Assembly: GCA_020891255.1 (NCBI GenBank)
Contig: BQFW01000015.1
Coordinates: forward strand, 186,001 to 250,000
Length of the DNA stretch: 64,000 nucleotides
Direction of reading: 5' to 3'
Source of the DNA: Entomortierella parvispora E1425
Taxonomy: Eukaryota; Fungi; Mortierellomycota
Of the stretch, positions 1 to 10,562 are shown piece after piece (the first letter of the stretch is position 1; each line of letters begins with the position of its first letter). Made by a program: the position numbers and the translations under genes. Under the pieces are notes generated by a model. It did not search any database. It was not told where the DNA came from and was given only the letters and a program-made list of their open reading frames with translations.

Positions 1-88
1 GCGCAACTGCACACCCCACGACAAGCTTTCAGCACTGCACACTGGCTCGCTTTCGGCCAATTTTTTTTTTCTCTCTTTTTTCAGGCTC

Positions 89-170
89 CTCTCACACAAC
101 CTCTCACAACCTCTCACACCCTCTCACACCCTCTCACACCCTCTCACACCCTCTCACACCCTCTCACGCC
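89..170. repeat. 10-bp minisatellite (CCTCTCACAC)n, about 8 copies
   Basis: Direct reading of tandem CTCTCACACC/CTCTCACAAC units upstream of the first gene. Confidence 0.9.
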
Positions 171-416
171 TCCCACTCACTCGTCCACCTGTCCCAGTCC
201 GTCCGTCTCTCCTTCTCTCCACACTTGGCCCATCCATCACATCATCTTCATCTATCCATCCATCCATCCATCCATCCTTCACCAGAGCTTGCAGTCCTCC
301 ACTACTGCAATCCACAACCACTCCCCTAGCCTGCCTCCCCCGCCACACAGACCCCGAAACTGCTGATCTCACAAGACCTGTCCCCTTCCCCCGACAAGAC
401 GGGATAGAAGATTGAA

Positions 417-2632
417 ATGTCCTCCTCCCAACAAGCATCATCCCAGGCTGGCGCCCCGTCCTCCGCCCCCGGTGCTGCTGCTGCTGGCACTGTTCAGGAC
501 AGTAACCTCCATATTGGCCTCAATCCCATGCTGCAGCATCGGCCCCATACCCCGCTACGCTCATCCTTCCAGCTCTCATCGGATCATCCCTCGGATCCCG
601 TCTCATCCTCTGCCTCCTCCTCGTCTTCGTCGCTCCTCAATACCTCCTCAAACTCTGGACCAACGCTAAGCACAGGAGCGACCTCTATCGGCATTGGAAA
701 CACTGGAAGCCCTCTCTCGTCATTATCCAATAGCTCATCAGGAAGCGGGCTTGGCAGTGGAGGAGTCACCTTTGAGTCTCTCTCGACCGCCCCCACGCCA
801 TCGCTTCTCAAGTCCTTCTCGACAAAGAAAGGCCGGAGGAGCTTTATGGACAATGAGAAATACGTTGGATCGCTGCCAACGATACATCACCAGAACGGTC
901 GTGGAAGACGTAAGTTTAGCCAGGAAGGGAAAACAAGGCTCTCGAACGACGCTTGTTGTTTTTGTGTTTGCATACAACAGGGAGTGCCAAAACGGCAGCA
1001 TGAGTGGACAGATCCCCTGCCTCTTGCCTGGAAACAGTTGCAAAATATATCCGTGCGTGTGCGTGAGAGCGAAAGTGCCGTGTGTCCCCCCTACCCATCC
1101 TCCTCCTCCTTCTCTCCTGCGGCAGAAGAAAAAAGGACTGTCGTCTGCCAACCTGCCGTTGTCAGTTCATTTAGTGCTTGTGCGTGGGATCGAGTAGTAA
1201 AAGGGGGCGTCTTATGTCGTCAAGGATGGATGCACGATCGCTAGCCCATGGAAACTGGAGACAGACTAAAAGACTAAAAGAGACAGCCTCGCATTGGCTT
1301 GTTGAAGAGCTAGCTAGCCCCTCCTGATGAGCGACAGACCAACAGAACGGACAGTGAAAAAAACAGTTCAGGATCAACCGCTAGCTGACGACGGACGGGA
1401 CGGCAGGGAGACTAAGAAAAGCATGGCGAGAAAAGCGAGATCAGGCTCTAACTCTCTTTCTTGCGTCCTTTCTTTTGATGAATACCACAACAGATGAAGG
1501 AGCGACTTTTCTTGGCGTGTCTTTGAAGCATTTGTCTTTGCTGGTACTTCTCCTGCAGAACAGTGTCCTGGTGTTGATGATGCGGTACTCGCGCGTGTCT
1601 GTGGATCCGGATCAGCCCATGTACTTGGCCTCAACTGCAGTCTTTCTGGCCGAAATCATCAAGCTCTTCACTTGCTTCTGGATTCTTGTCTACAGGAATG
1701 GATCCATTGGTCGTGCCCTTTACATTATCCGGACAGAGATCATTCAACAGCCTCAGGAAATTCTCAAGATGCTTGTGCCCTCGAGTCTCTATGCCCTCCA
1801 GAACAACCTACTCTATATTGCACTCTCCAACCTGGAGGCAGCGACCTTCCAGGTCACATACCAGCTCAAGATCCTATCAACCGCCATCTTTTCCGTCGTG
1901 ATGTTGAACAAGCGGTTGACGAAACAAAAATGGCTGTCGTTGTGTCTGTTGATGCTGGGCGTCACTTTGGTACAGCTGCAGAACGTTGGAACACCCAAGA
2001 GCCCCATATCGCTGGATTCAGGAGAAGATGGCGACGAGTTGGATTACGTGGATGCGGCCGTGAGTGAACGTGTGGCCGAAGCCGAGACACAGATGAACGG
2101 AGGCGCAGAGGACAGCGATAGCGGATCGTCATTGCAGAACCCGATCATTGGACTGCTGGCAGTCCTGACTTCGTGTGTCTCTTCAGGATTTGCAGGCTGT
2201 TACTTCGAAAAGATTCTCAAGGGAACTGAAGCAGACATGTGGGTCAGGAATCTGCAGCTGGGCATCTCTGGATCTCTTTTCAGCTTTTTGGCCATGTTTT
2301 ACGACCGTCATGCCATCTATGAGGGTGGTATGTTCCAGGGTTACTCTTGGGTGACTTGGTTTGTGATCACCAACCAGGCACTTGGAGGACTTCTGGTGGC
2401 GGTTGTGGTCAAGTATGCCGACAATATCCTCAAGGGCTTTGCAACATCACTGTCCATCATCATCTCGGGCATGATCTCGGTTTACTTTTTCGACTTTGAG
2501 CCATCGATTCAATTCCAGCTTGGAACCCTGGTGGTCATTCTGTCTACATTCCTGTACGGTCGACCGGATGCACCCGTCCCGGGATTTATCCGGCGGGAAA
2601 AGAAGTATGTACCATCCAATTTCGATGTTTGA
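417..2632 (+). CDS. Nucleotide-sugar transporter (SLC35A / UDP-galactose transporter family), 2 exons: 417-909, 1494-2632
   Basis: Family motifs ALQNNLLYIALSNL, FQVTYQLKILSTAIFSV, GFAGCYFEKILK, VVKYADNILKGFATSLSII. Intron 910-1493 has a GTAAGT donor, CTAAC branch and CAG acceptor; the phase-1 join (C+AT) links the two ORFs in frame. Confidence 0.9.
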
Positions 2633-3202
2633 TCGGCCATCACGGTCTTTGTGGCCAGGGAGGCTAACCGACATCTATGATTTACGATTAGGAGACAAAG
2701 CATGCCGCCACCGTTGAAGTATGCATCCTAAAAATCCGCCTTTGTTCGTCCTACTCGTTTTTTTGTTACTCTGTCCTCTTTTTTTTTGTTGCCGTTCGAA
2801 CGTTATAGACAGGCAACCTTGTACAGTTTCTCTTCTCCTCTCCCCTCCTCCCTCCTATCCTCTTACTCTCTCTCTCACACACACACTCAGCGTAATAAAA
2901 CTTTCCTCCTCATGTCGTCTTGTCTCTACTTCTTATTGTGGTACTGCGATCCAAGCAAATGTCATGGACCCAACTTCAAAACTTTGATGACTTCCACTGC
3001 CAGGAGGTTGAAAACTTTAAAAGAAAAACCAGTCCCTTCCCTCTGCGCCCTCTGCGCCCTCAGTGTTTTTTTTTTGTTACTTCTGTTAGCATGGCGTAGA
3101 AGCCCCCCAGGGATTTTCAAACACAGTGGACGACTCCGATTGAAAGTATTTTACCAAAACTGCACCTAGTTCCATAATGTTTGACTGTCCAGAGAAGACC
3201 TG

Positions 3203-3210
3203 TATAAATA
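3203..3210 (+). promoter_or_regulatory. TATA box of the U6 gene
   Basis: TATAAATA about 30 nt upstream of the predicted U6 start (3234), the expected position for an upstream Pol III promoter element. Confidence 0.7.
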
Positions 3211-3233
3211 CAGCGGAAGTCCCGTTGATTTTT

Positions 3234-3355
3234 GTAGACTCTTCGGAGCTACATACTTTAAAAATGGAACGATACAGAGAAGATTAGCATGGCCCCTGCA
3301 CAAGGATGACACGTATATCTATGAGTGGAATGCCCTTCGGGGCAAATTATTTTTT
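3234..3355 (+). ncRNA. U6: U6 spliceosomal snRNA with an atypical 3' end
   Basis: Contains the conserved core GGAACGATACAGAGAAGATTAGCATGGCCCCTGCACAAGGATGACACG (ACAGAGA box 3274-3280, AGC triad, ISL), a 5' stem-loop GTAG-A-CTC-TTCG-GAG-CTAC and a T6 Pol III terminator at 3350-3355. Confidence 0.95.
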
Positions 3356-3464
3356 GCTCCTTTTTACTGGTAGGGCCATCCTTTTGGTCTTGTCGAGGGA
3401 TTGCAGAAGAGGGCGAGCCAAAGAGGAAGAGTGCAAGATAGGTAGAAGGAGGACAATGAGACCA

Positions 3465-5448
3465 TCAGTACTCTGGATCAGAAATACGAGTGACCTCAAG
3501 AGAAGGGACAATTGATTGATCATACCATTGAAACCCTGCAGCAGAGCATCCGTGGTGCGGCTGGTGTCGCTGAGCCATTAGAGCTGCTAGCCTCCCCGTT
3601 GCCCTATGTCTTCTGTGCCCCTAGGCTTCATTTTCTTGCGTTGATCACCAGTTGTCACAGGCGACAGCAATGCCCCCATATCAGATCCCCACACGACCAT
3701 TGTAGCTTTGTCCTGTGCAGACTTTAATTTATTAATATAGACTATTTCCAGTTGGTCGCACAAAAATGTTCTGCATGCAGAAGGGAAGCTGCCAACTATT
3801 GTGCAGTTGCCGCACCGCCTTAAAAGCCTTCCTGTCGTCCAAAGCCAGCCGCCAAAAGTGCTTCAGCGAGTGCGCGTTGAGTGGTTCTTTACAGGTTGTT
3901 TATCAAAAGGATGTATTCTCGCAGTGCTCTCACTTGAGGCTATTTTGATCCACGTAGTGCTCGAGTTGAGGTAAGTCAGGAACGACCCCTGTTTCCAATT
4001 GCAGACATTCTTTCGTTAATGGTGGCGGCGAATCTGTAAGCGTGCTCTCGTTAAAGGACGTACGTTCTATGTTTCTATGTTGTGTGAGTGAGGCAGTTTT
4101 CATTTGTCTTTCAAGATTTCTAGCTAGGCGTTTTTCCAGCCCTTCGGAAATGGTCTACTTGGCCAAGAGTTGGTACAGGTATTTTTCGGCATCACGCCGC
4201 CTTGGCAAGACAATTGTTTGTACGACCTCTTGCCATTTCATCCACCAAAAAAAAAAAAAAAAAAAAACATAAGAAAAAAAAAGAGAAATGACTATGCCGA
4301 ACGTAAAAATCGTCGAGTCTGTGCCCATGAAACAAATGGGTTGCTTCGCCTCACCTTTGCCTTTCTTGCTTTACTATTGTGCCTTGCTTTGCCTTCCGGT
4401 TCGCCCTCATCCCTTATCAAGCTATTTCCTATGCAACGATGGTGCCCTTTAAGTGTCACAGACATATGATCAGAGAAAAAGTAGATTGTCGTTCACTTTG
4501 CGTGACTAATGGTCAAGTCTTGCAAAGCGGATCACCAAGACTGGTTTGCCGTTTGACGTTGGCTCTCTGTTTCAAAACAGAGCAACATGGCTACAGGAAA
4601 AGTGAGCTATAAACATACAAGCAGGGAGATTTGGCGAAGTGAAAAGGTCAAGCATGAAGTGGTCAGTATTCAGTAAAATCCAACATGATCTTCTTGCCTT
4701 TGCCATTATTTTCTTTGCCAGTTTCTCGCTGGAGATGGCCACGGACCATTGGCCATCTACAGTGAAGACTATGCACAGACCATTGCAGTTTTCCGCGCGC
4801 AACGGTTATCACACATGGAGCAGGTAGCGATCGATAGAAGCTAACCTCAGAGATGATATTGGCAACGGAGAATTTTTTTTTATGTTGGCAGGCAAGCAGT
4901 TTAACATTGCCACGCTTTGAGAGATCAGTACGGGTGCTATACTGTACATGTACATGCAATTCCAATGAGTAGAGTCCATTGATTGATGCTTTGTTGTTCA
5001 GTTGATGGTAATAGGGGCTAATAATCTCTTTACGCACTTCGCAGCTGTCTTCGGCGTCTCTCAAAAGGGGTGCGGGCGGGATATGATCTCCTGAAATCTC
5101 TGAATATACTCACCCCTCCCCCTAATTGCCTTCGGCAAAGGGTCAGAGGCTGAGTAGAAGTGAGTTCAATACTCTCCTATCCTAAGGTTTTCTGAGGAGG
5201 ACATGCCTCAAGGTTATTTTTAGTAGCTCATTGTGCATTCGATATTGTGTGGCTGGAAAGGTGCTTTCAATGAGTGACCTCAGTCGTATGGTCCTCGGCG
5301 AGAAGTAAACCACCCATATATTTTCTATGATCCAATGACTTCTATTTAGCAAAATGGAGTCTTGGAAACGTAACGATATCATTGTCCATGACTGATGTTT
5401 GCTGGCAAAGTCGATCGCCTCTAGGGCTCTAAGGGTAGGCGGCGCCAT
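3465..5448 (-). pseudogene. Decayed multi-exon ORF remnants of an uncharacterised Mucoromycota repeat-associated gene family
   Basis: A protein-like reading runs through several in-frame stops (DAEKYLYQLLAK*TISEGLEKRLARNL...SLK*...KHFWRLALDDRKAFKAVRQLHNSWQLP), with fragment ORFs at 4663-5064 and 5182-5448. Family assignment is by recall only. Confidence 0.35.
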
Positions 5449-5652
5449 GTAACGTGTGGAACAGGCAGGACCTTAGCCTCTCTGTGGTGGATTTGAACTT
5501 GGTTGGATACAGCCAAACTCTGCCATGCATCATGGGCTTTGCCTTGCTTTGCCACGGGCACATATTTCTTTCATTGCTTCCGCGGACAGGTTGCAGAAAT
5601 TTTCCCCACTTTCACACACTTGGCTGCACTACACCAGATATCTCGCTCATTC

Positions 5653-8600
5653 ATGACGGTATGTACAATTCGAACGAGCGTATCGAGCCACTGCGATCTT
5701 GGGACTAACTCACCTCCCCCCACCCCCCTGAAACCCCACCCCTGATCATACCTCAGTCCTTGATCGCATCCAGCACTCAGCTCTTGTCGACACCATCTTT
5801 GTCGCGGCCTCGGTCGTTATTGGTTTCCAAAGTCCCTGAAGGCGACTGGTTCTCGTCGCGAAAGCAGCAGTTAAAATCTAGGAATCAGTCTGTGCCCCAC
5901 GATATCCTAGCAAAGAGAGAAAAGAACCTAGTTGACTCTCCCCTTTCGAGATGCCCAGTGGAAGTGGGATACCAGATCCGCCTGTACTTGGATGGTGTCG
6001 ATCTTTTCCAGTTATCCCATGCTTGCCACGCTTTCCTAAACTTTTATTCCTTCAAGGAATGGTATGGAAGATACGTGAGCCGATTCCCTTCTTGGTCTTG
6101 CGGAGGCCTCCTGGGCAATGACCCTGATCAAGGATGCCTTTCCTCATACAAAAAAGAATTCACTTCTGATGCTTTCCTGAGAAGACGCCTCGGCTATCCA
6201 TCTCCACTTTCACTGTCGTCTCCCCTGATGTCCTTGCCCCTGTCTTTTCCTTTGATCCTGCCCCTGCCCCCTTCCAATGAGCCCTTCTCGACATCCAATG
6301 TCACCGGATCAACTGTCGAGCCCATGGACATTTGCATGCCTTACGATTCCCAAGCCCCCAAAGAGGTGATTGATGACAAGGAGTACCTCCACGAACATGA
6401 ACAAAGTAACATTCGCGTCAAGCTCGACGAGGGCAAGTACTATCCCTCAGACTCCGAGACTGACTCTGGACGGTTTAACAGGGTTGCATCTCCTGTCTAC
6501 AGCACAGATCTCAAGTCGAGATCCACTTTTGCTGGATCATTGGTAGCACGGCCCTCCGTGATCGATCACAACAACTCGACCTTGCCTGTCGGCTCTCCAA
6601 CCGAGCAGCTTTATGACTTCAGGGTCTTGCTCCATGCCACTCCTGATTTAACCCATCCCGTCGCTGTCCTGACGAGTGATTTGTGGACGACAAACACTGA
6701 TGGACCATGGTCTGGCCAGTTTGCTCCCCGAGACTTGCCTGTGGTCCAATTGGTCGAGCTGAAGCATTTCCCGATGTACGAACCGACTTCTCCTGGATCT
6801 AAAAGAAGACGATCATCCCGCCTTCAAGAAATGCGATTTCTGGTAACCCTTGCCTTCGGTCAGAACGTTGGCGAGCAAGACATGCTCTTGCTCGATGTCT
6901 GGCGTCTGGTCAAGGTGATCGAGGTCTTTATCCCAATGTCTACTACGGCCGCTCCAGGTCTCGGATCGACTTCCTTGTCGTCATCGTCATTGTCCTCATC
7001 CTGGCCTTCCTCTTCTGTGGCCCAGACTCATGGCAATGTCCGTCTAGGCCGCATCGAGACAATCAAAATTAGCGCAAATGACGACATGAGATGTCGGGTG
7101 GTCAAGATATACTCGACCGTGGTTTCCATCGATTGGGCCTACCGCATCCAAAAGGAGTTGATCCGTGTGCAGTCTGCTTCGCCTTCCGTGACTGCCACCT
7201 CTAGCTCGGCCTCGACCGCCTGTTCACCGCAGACCGATGTCGATGAGGACCACGACATGTCCCTTACCGAGAACTACGGCTACACCCATGATAGCTTTGA
7301 GAAGGGCACCCATGGTAACTCTGGGATAGGCAAGAGCCCCCTTGGGACCGTCAAGGACAAGATGGTGACGGTCGAATGCATAGCCATATTTGGTATACAA
7401 AACTCGGACACTTCCTCTGCCATGGTGGCTCGCAAGATCTTGTTTACGGCCGACCGAAAGAGGAAGCACGCCCAAGCCAAGACTCTAGGCGACGCGAGTT
7501 GGGAGAAGCGGGTGCTCAGCCGGGGAGTCAGTTGCATGACTCTCTTCCCCTGCTACAGCGGGTATGAGCGATACCTGGTCATGTTCAACCGGTATGGCCG
7601 CGGTATGATATGGGACTGGGTTGAAGAGCGCCAAGTCACCCAGCTGCGGATGGAAAGTGACAAGGGTCTCAAGGACGGCAAGATCCAGAGACCCACTGGT
7701 CAGAATGAAGGCAATCAGTCTTCTTCTGAGGCTGGTCCTTCCAGCGGAGCCCTCGATTCTCAGACTCAGGGGCAAGCAGTTTCTGCTACCAATGCCGGTA
7801 ACGGTGGTGGTACTGCTGAAGAGAATGCACCTGTGGCCAATCCAAATCGTTGGTTGTCCTACTGGGGTGCACAGGTCAGTTTTACAGAGACGCCTGATCC
7901 ATTCGAGATGGATGTCAAGAAGGGTCGGTCCTTCCGGATCGTGATCTTGGCTGACGGTAGGGATGACGAATGGGAGAGCACATGGTGGCATGTGGACGAG
8001 TCCTCACTGGGAGCTATGGACCATACTCTGGATCAATGGCGCTTTCTCCCTACTGGTTCCAAAGCCAACCCGCAAAAGACGGACGCTCCCGTTATTTACG
8101 CCCATGGCAAGAGACACGAAGAACAGACTATTGGAGTCGAGTTCATTTCCAAGAAGCGTCAACTCGAGATGTTGAGCAAAGGCCAGAAAGAGATGACTTT
8201 GGCCACAGCCCCACTACGATTCAACGCCTACGTAGTGTGGAACCGGTATCGGATCAGCTTGACCGCTGATCGAGGCCTTGTCATGGTGGATTTGGAGAAG
8301 AAGAGCTCCAAGGAGCGTAACGACGCGTCGTCAAAGGGTGAGCAGGATAGCGAGTGGGTCACTTACCTTGAGAATTCTCTGGGTAAGACCTTGGTGGATA
8401 TCGCTACGGTGAACAATAGTCTGATTGTGACATTGAAAGACGGGCACCTTGTTTGGTCCTTCTATCCGGCACGAAAGGAGGTCCTCCCTACAGAGTCTGA
8501 GAAAGTCAATGAGGTAGTGGAGACCTTGGATACGAAGATGTCTACCAAAGAGAGGGCAAAGAGACCAGCCAAGCGCAGTAAGCCGCACACCCCCAGGGAT

Positions 8601-8846
8601 CCCCCGACCGTGGACCCGAAAGCATCTGCCAAAGCTAACGCGATTGAAAGGAGAACAAAGTCGAGCAAGTCCACTACATGCAGGGACTCGAAGGACCAGC
8701 AGCCGAAAAAGAAGCAGAGTAGGCGTCGCACTCCCCGGTCTCTGGGAGACGGCGAGGGGCGCATCTACAAAGACGATCCTGGTGTGGATCCATATAGCCG
8801 CGAGTTTCACTATGGGCCGCTCGGGGGAGAACATATTCATTACTAG
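5653..8846 (+). CDS. Large F-box-like protein (about 1030 aa); 2-codon first exon 5653-5658, exon 2 5757-8846
   Basis: F-box-like segment LSRCPVEVGYQIRLYLDGVDLFQLSHAC...W. ATG ACG is followed by a GTATGT donor, an ACTAAC branch (5704-5709) and a CAG acceptor at 5756, in frame with the 1028-aa ORF. A branch/acceptor at 8851-8884 hints at a possible extra 3' exon. Confidence 0.7.
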
Positions 8847-10562
8847 TTTAGCTAACCCATATTTCGATTGTGTTCCTTCTCCAGCGCGTTCGAATCTCTG
8901 CCCTCTCTCTTCCTCCTCCATCGCCGCCAGTACCTGAACTTAGGTTGAGTTTTTCAGTCCAAGAGCAGAGCGAGCGCAAGCTAAAGCGGCCATCTTTTGC
9001 AAGATCTCTAGATCTCAGCTCACCGATGACTGCAAAGGCAGAATGGAACTGAGCAACGGCTCCCCCTTCACAAAAAAAAAAAAAAAAAGGAAAAGAAAAG
9101 AAAAGAAAAAAAAAGAGAGAAAAAAAAATAAAGGTAGCAAAAGAAATAAATACGTGATTTTCACGCGGAACGAGAAGAAAGGGCTCCAGTGAGATGGTAG
9201 TGTCGACGGTGGTAGTGGTGGTAGTGGTGACGATCGGTTGTTAACAAAAGTTCCCCTCGTCGACAAGAGGTCTCCCCTGCCGATCAGTAGACCAGCTGCC
9301 CTCGTCACTTCGCCACAACCTGCCTGTTGCCACCATTCAGTTCAAGGGGGATCTTTGCCGCAGTCCAATCAAAAATCTGTGCTTACAACATACGTTACAT
9401 ACCTCTCTTTCCTAAGCCTTAAGGTCGACCATGTTTCGCGTTCCTCCAACACCCGACGTCCCATTGACTCTCTGCAGAAAGAGAAGCAAGGCATTTCCCG
9501 AAGCCCCCCCCCCCCAAAAAAAAAGAGAGAGAGAAAAAAAAAAAGGGTGCACAGAGAACTGATCGCCCTATTCGCCAGAAGGAGACACAAACAGAGCGAT
9601 GGACACCAACGACAGAAAAGTGAGCATGGCGAGCGACATGAAAGCGGTTGCAAACAGTAACCCGGTTGTGTTACGAATTAGACAGAGTCGACAAAAAAAT
9701 GGCAAAGCCGTCGGAGTCAGGCCTTGGTGGCGTAGAGAGCGAGAGCAAGCACAGCTGTAGTTGGGGAACAGAAGAAAGACCAAGAAGGACAGAGTGAGGG
9801 TAACGGCAGTGCTCGACCGTGAAGACGAATAAAATGAGTGGGGTGAAGGAAGAGAGTCCGTGAGAAGGGTGGCGACAAATGAAGGGACAGAAAGAGGGAG
9901 CAGGAGCAGAATGCAGGTGATCGGCAAGGGAAAGGTAGGGTGTAAAAGAGAAATGGAAGGAGGGAGGTAAAAAGAACGACGTCCCTTTCCGCGTAGCCTT
10001 GCACGCTTCGCCTCGCATTGAAATAGACAATGGTTGTCATGGCGAAGCCATTTTAATGGGAAGAAGAGGGGTGAAGCAGGAGACAGCAACGACAACGATG
10101 ATCCTGACGGACCTGAGAAGAGGAGAAGGGAACCAGAGACGCGTTTGCAGCAGCAGACAGACAGACAGAGGGACAAAGACAAACAAGACAAGACAGACCT
10201 GCAAAAGGGACAAGGAAAGGGCAATTGACAATTGACAGACAGACAGAGAAAGATGGCCATGTCACGGTGACATATCTCTTTCTCTTTTATCTCTTCCCTT
10301 CCCGCGCACGGCCCCTTTGTTCGTCTCTTCCTTCCCTCCCTTTTCGTCCTTTTGTCTCCTCCCAACGACGCGCACATTGAATGCATTCGTTGCCATTCCT
10401 TGCCTTGCTTGCATTTCCTCTTCATTGATTGCTCATTGCATGTCGGTCTGTCTGTCTGTTGTTGCATCGCTGCACATTCTTTTTCCTTTTCACCCCTCGC
10501 CCTCCTTCTCTCCGTCCCACCCTGCTCCACCTACCACAACGGTCCCCGGATAGTGAAACACC

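Noticed and set aside
3169-3176. GTTCCATA upstream of U6, matching the canonical U6 3' end
   Set aside because: An 8-nt match is within chance expectation, and it lies upstream of the TATA box, outside the transcript.
8840-8905. tRNA-like A-box/B-box (TAGTTTAGC...GTTCGAATC)
   Set aside because: No acceptor, anticodon or T stems can be formed. The signals fit an intron branch/acceptor (GCTAAC...CCAG) better.
9330-9480. Minus-strand splice-like signals (CAG acceptor, GTATGT donor) suggesting a small spliced gene
   Set aside because: The joined peptide is about 26 aa with no recognisable motif; it cannot be supported without transcript data.
9568-10530. 320-aa minus-strand ORF and the overlapping short ORFs
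   Set aside because: They arise from CT/GA-rich low-complexity DNA upstream of WHI2, with no domain-like content.
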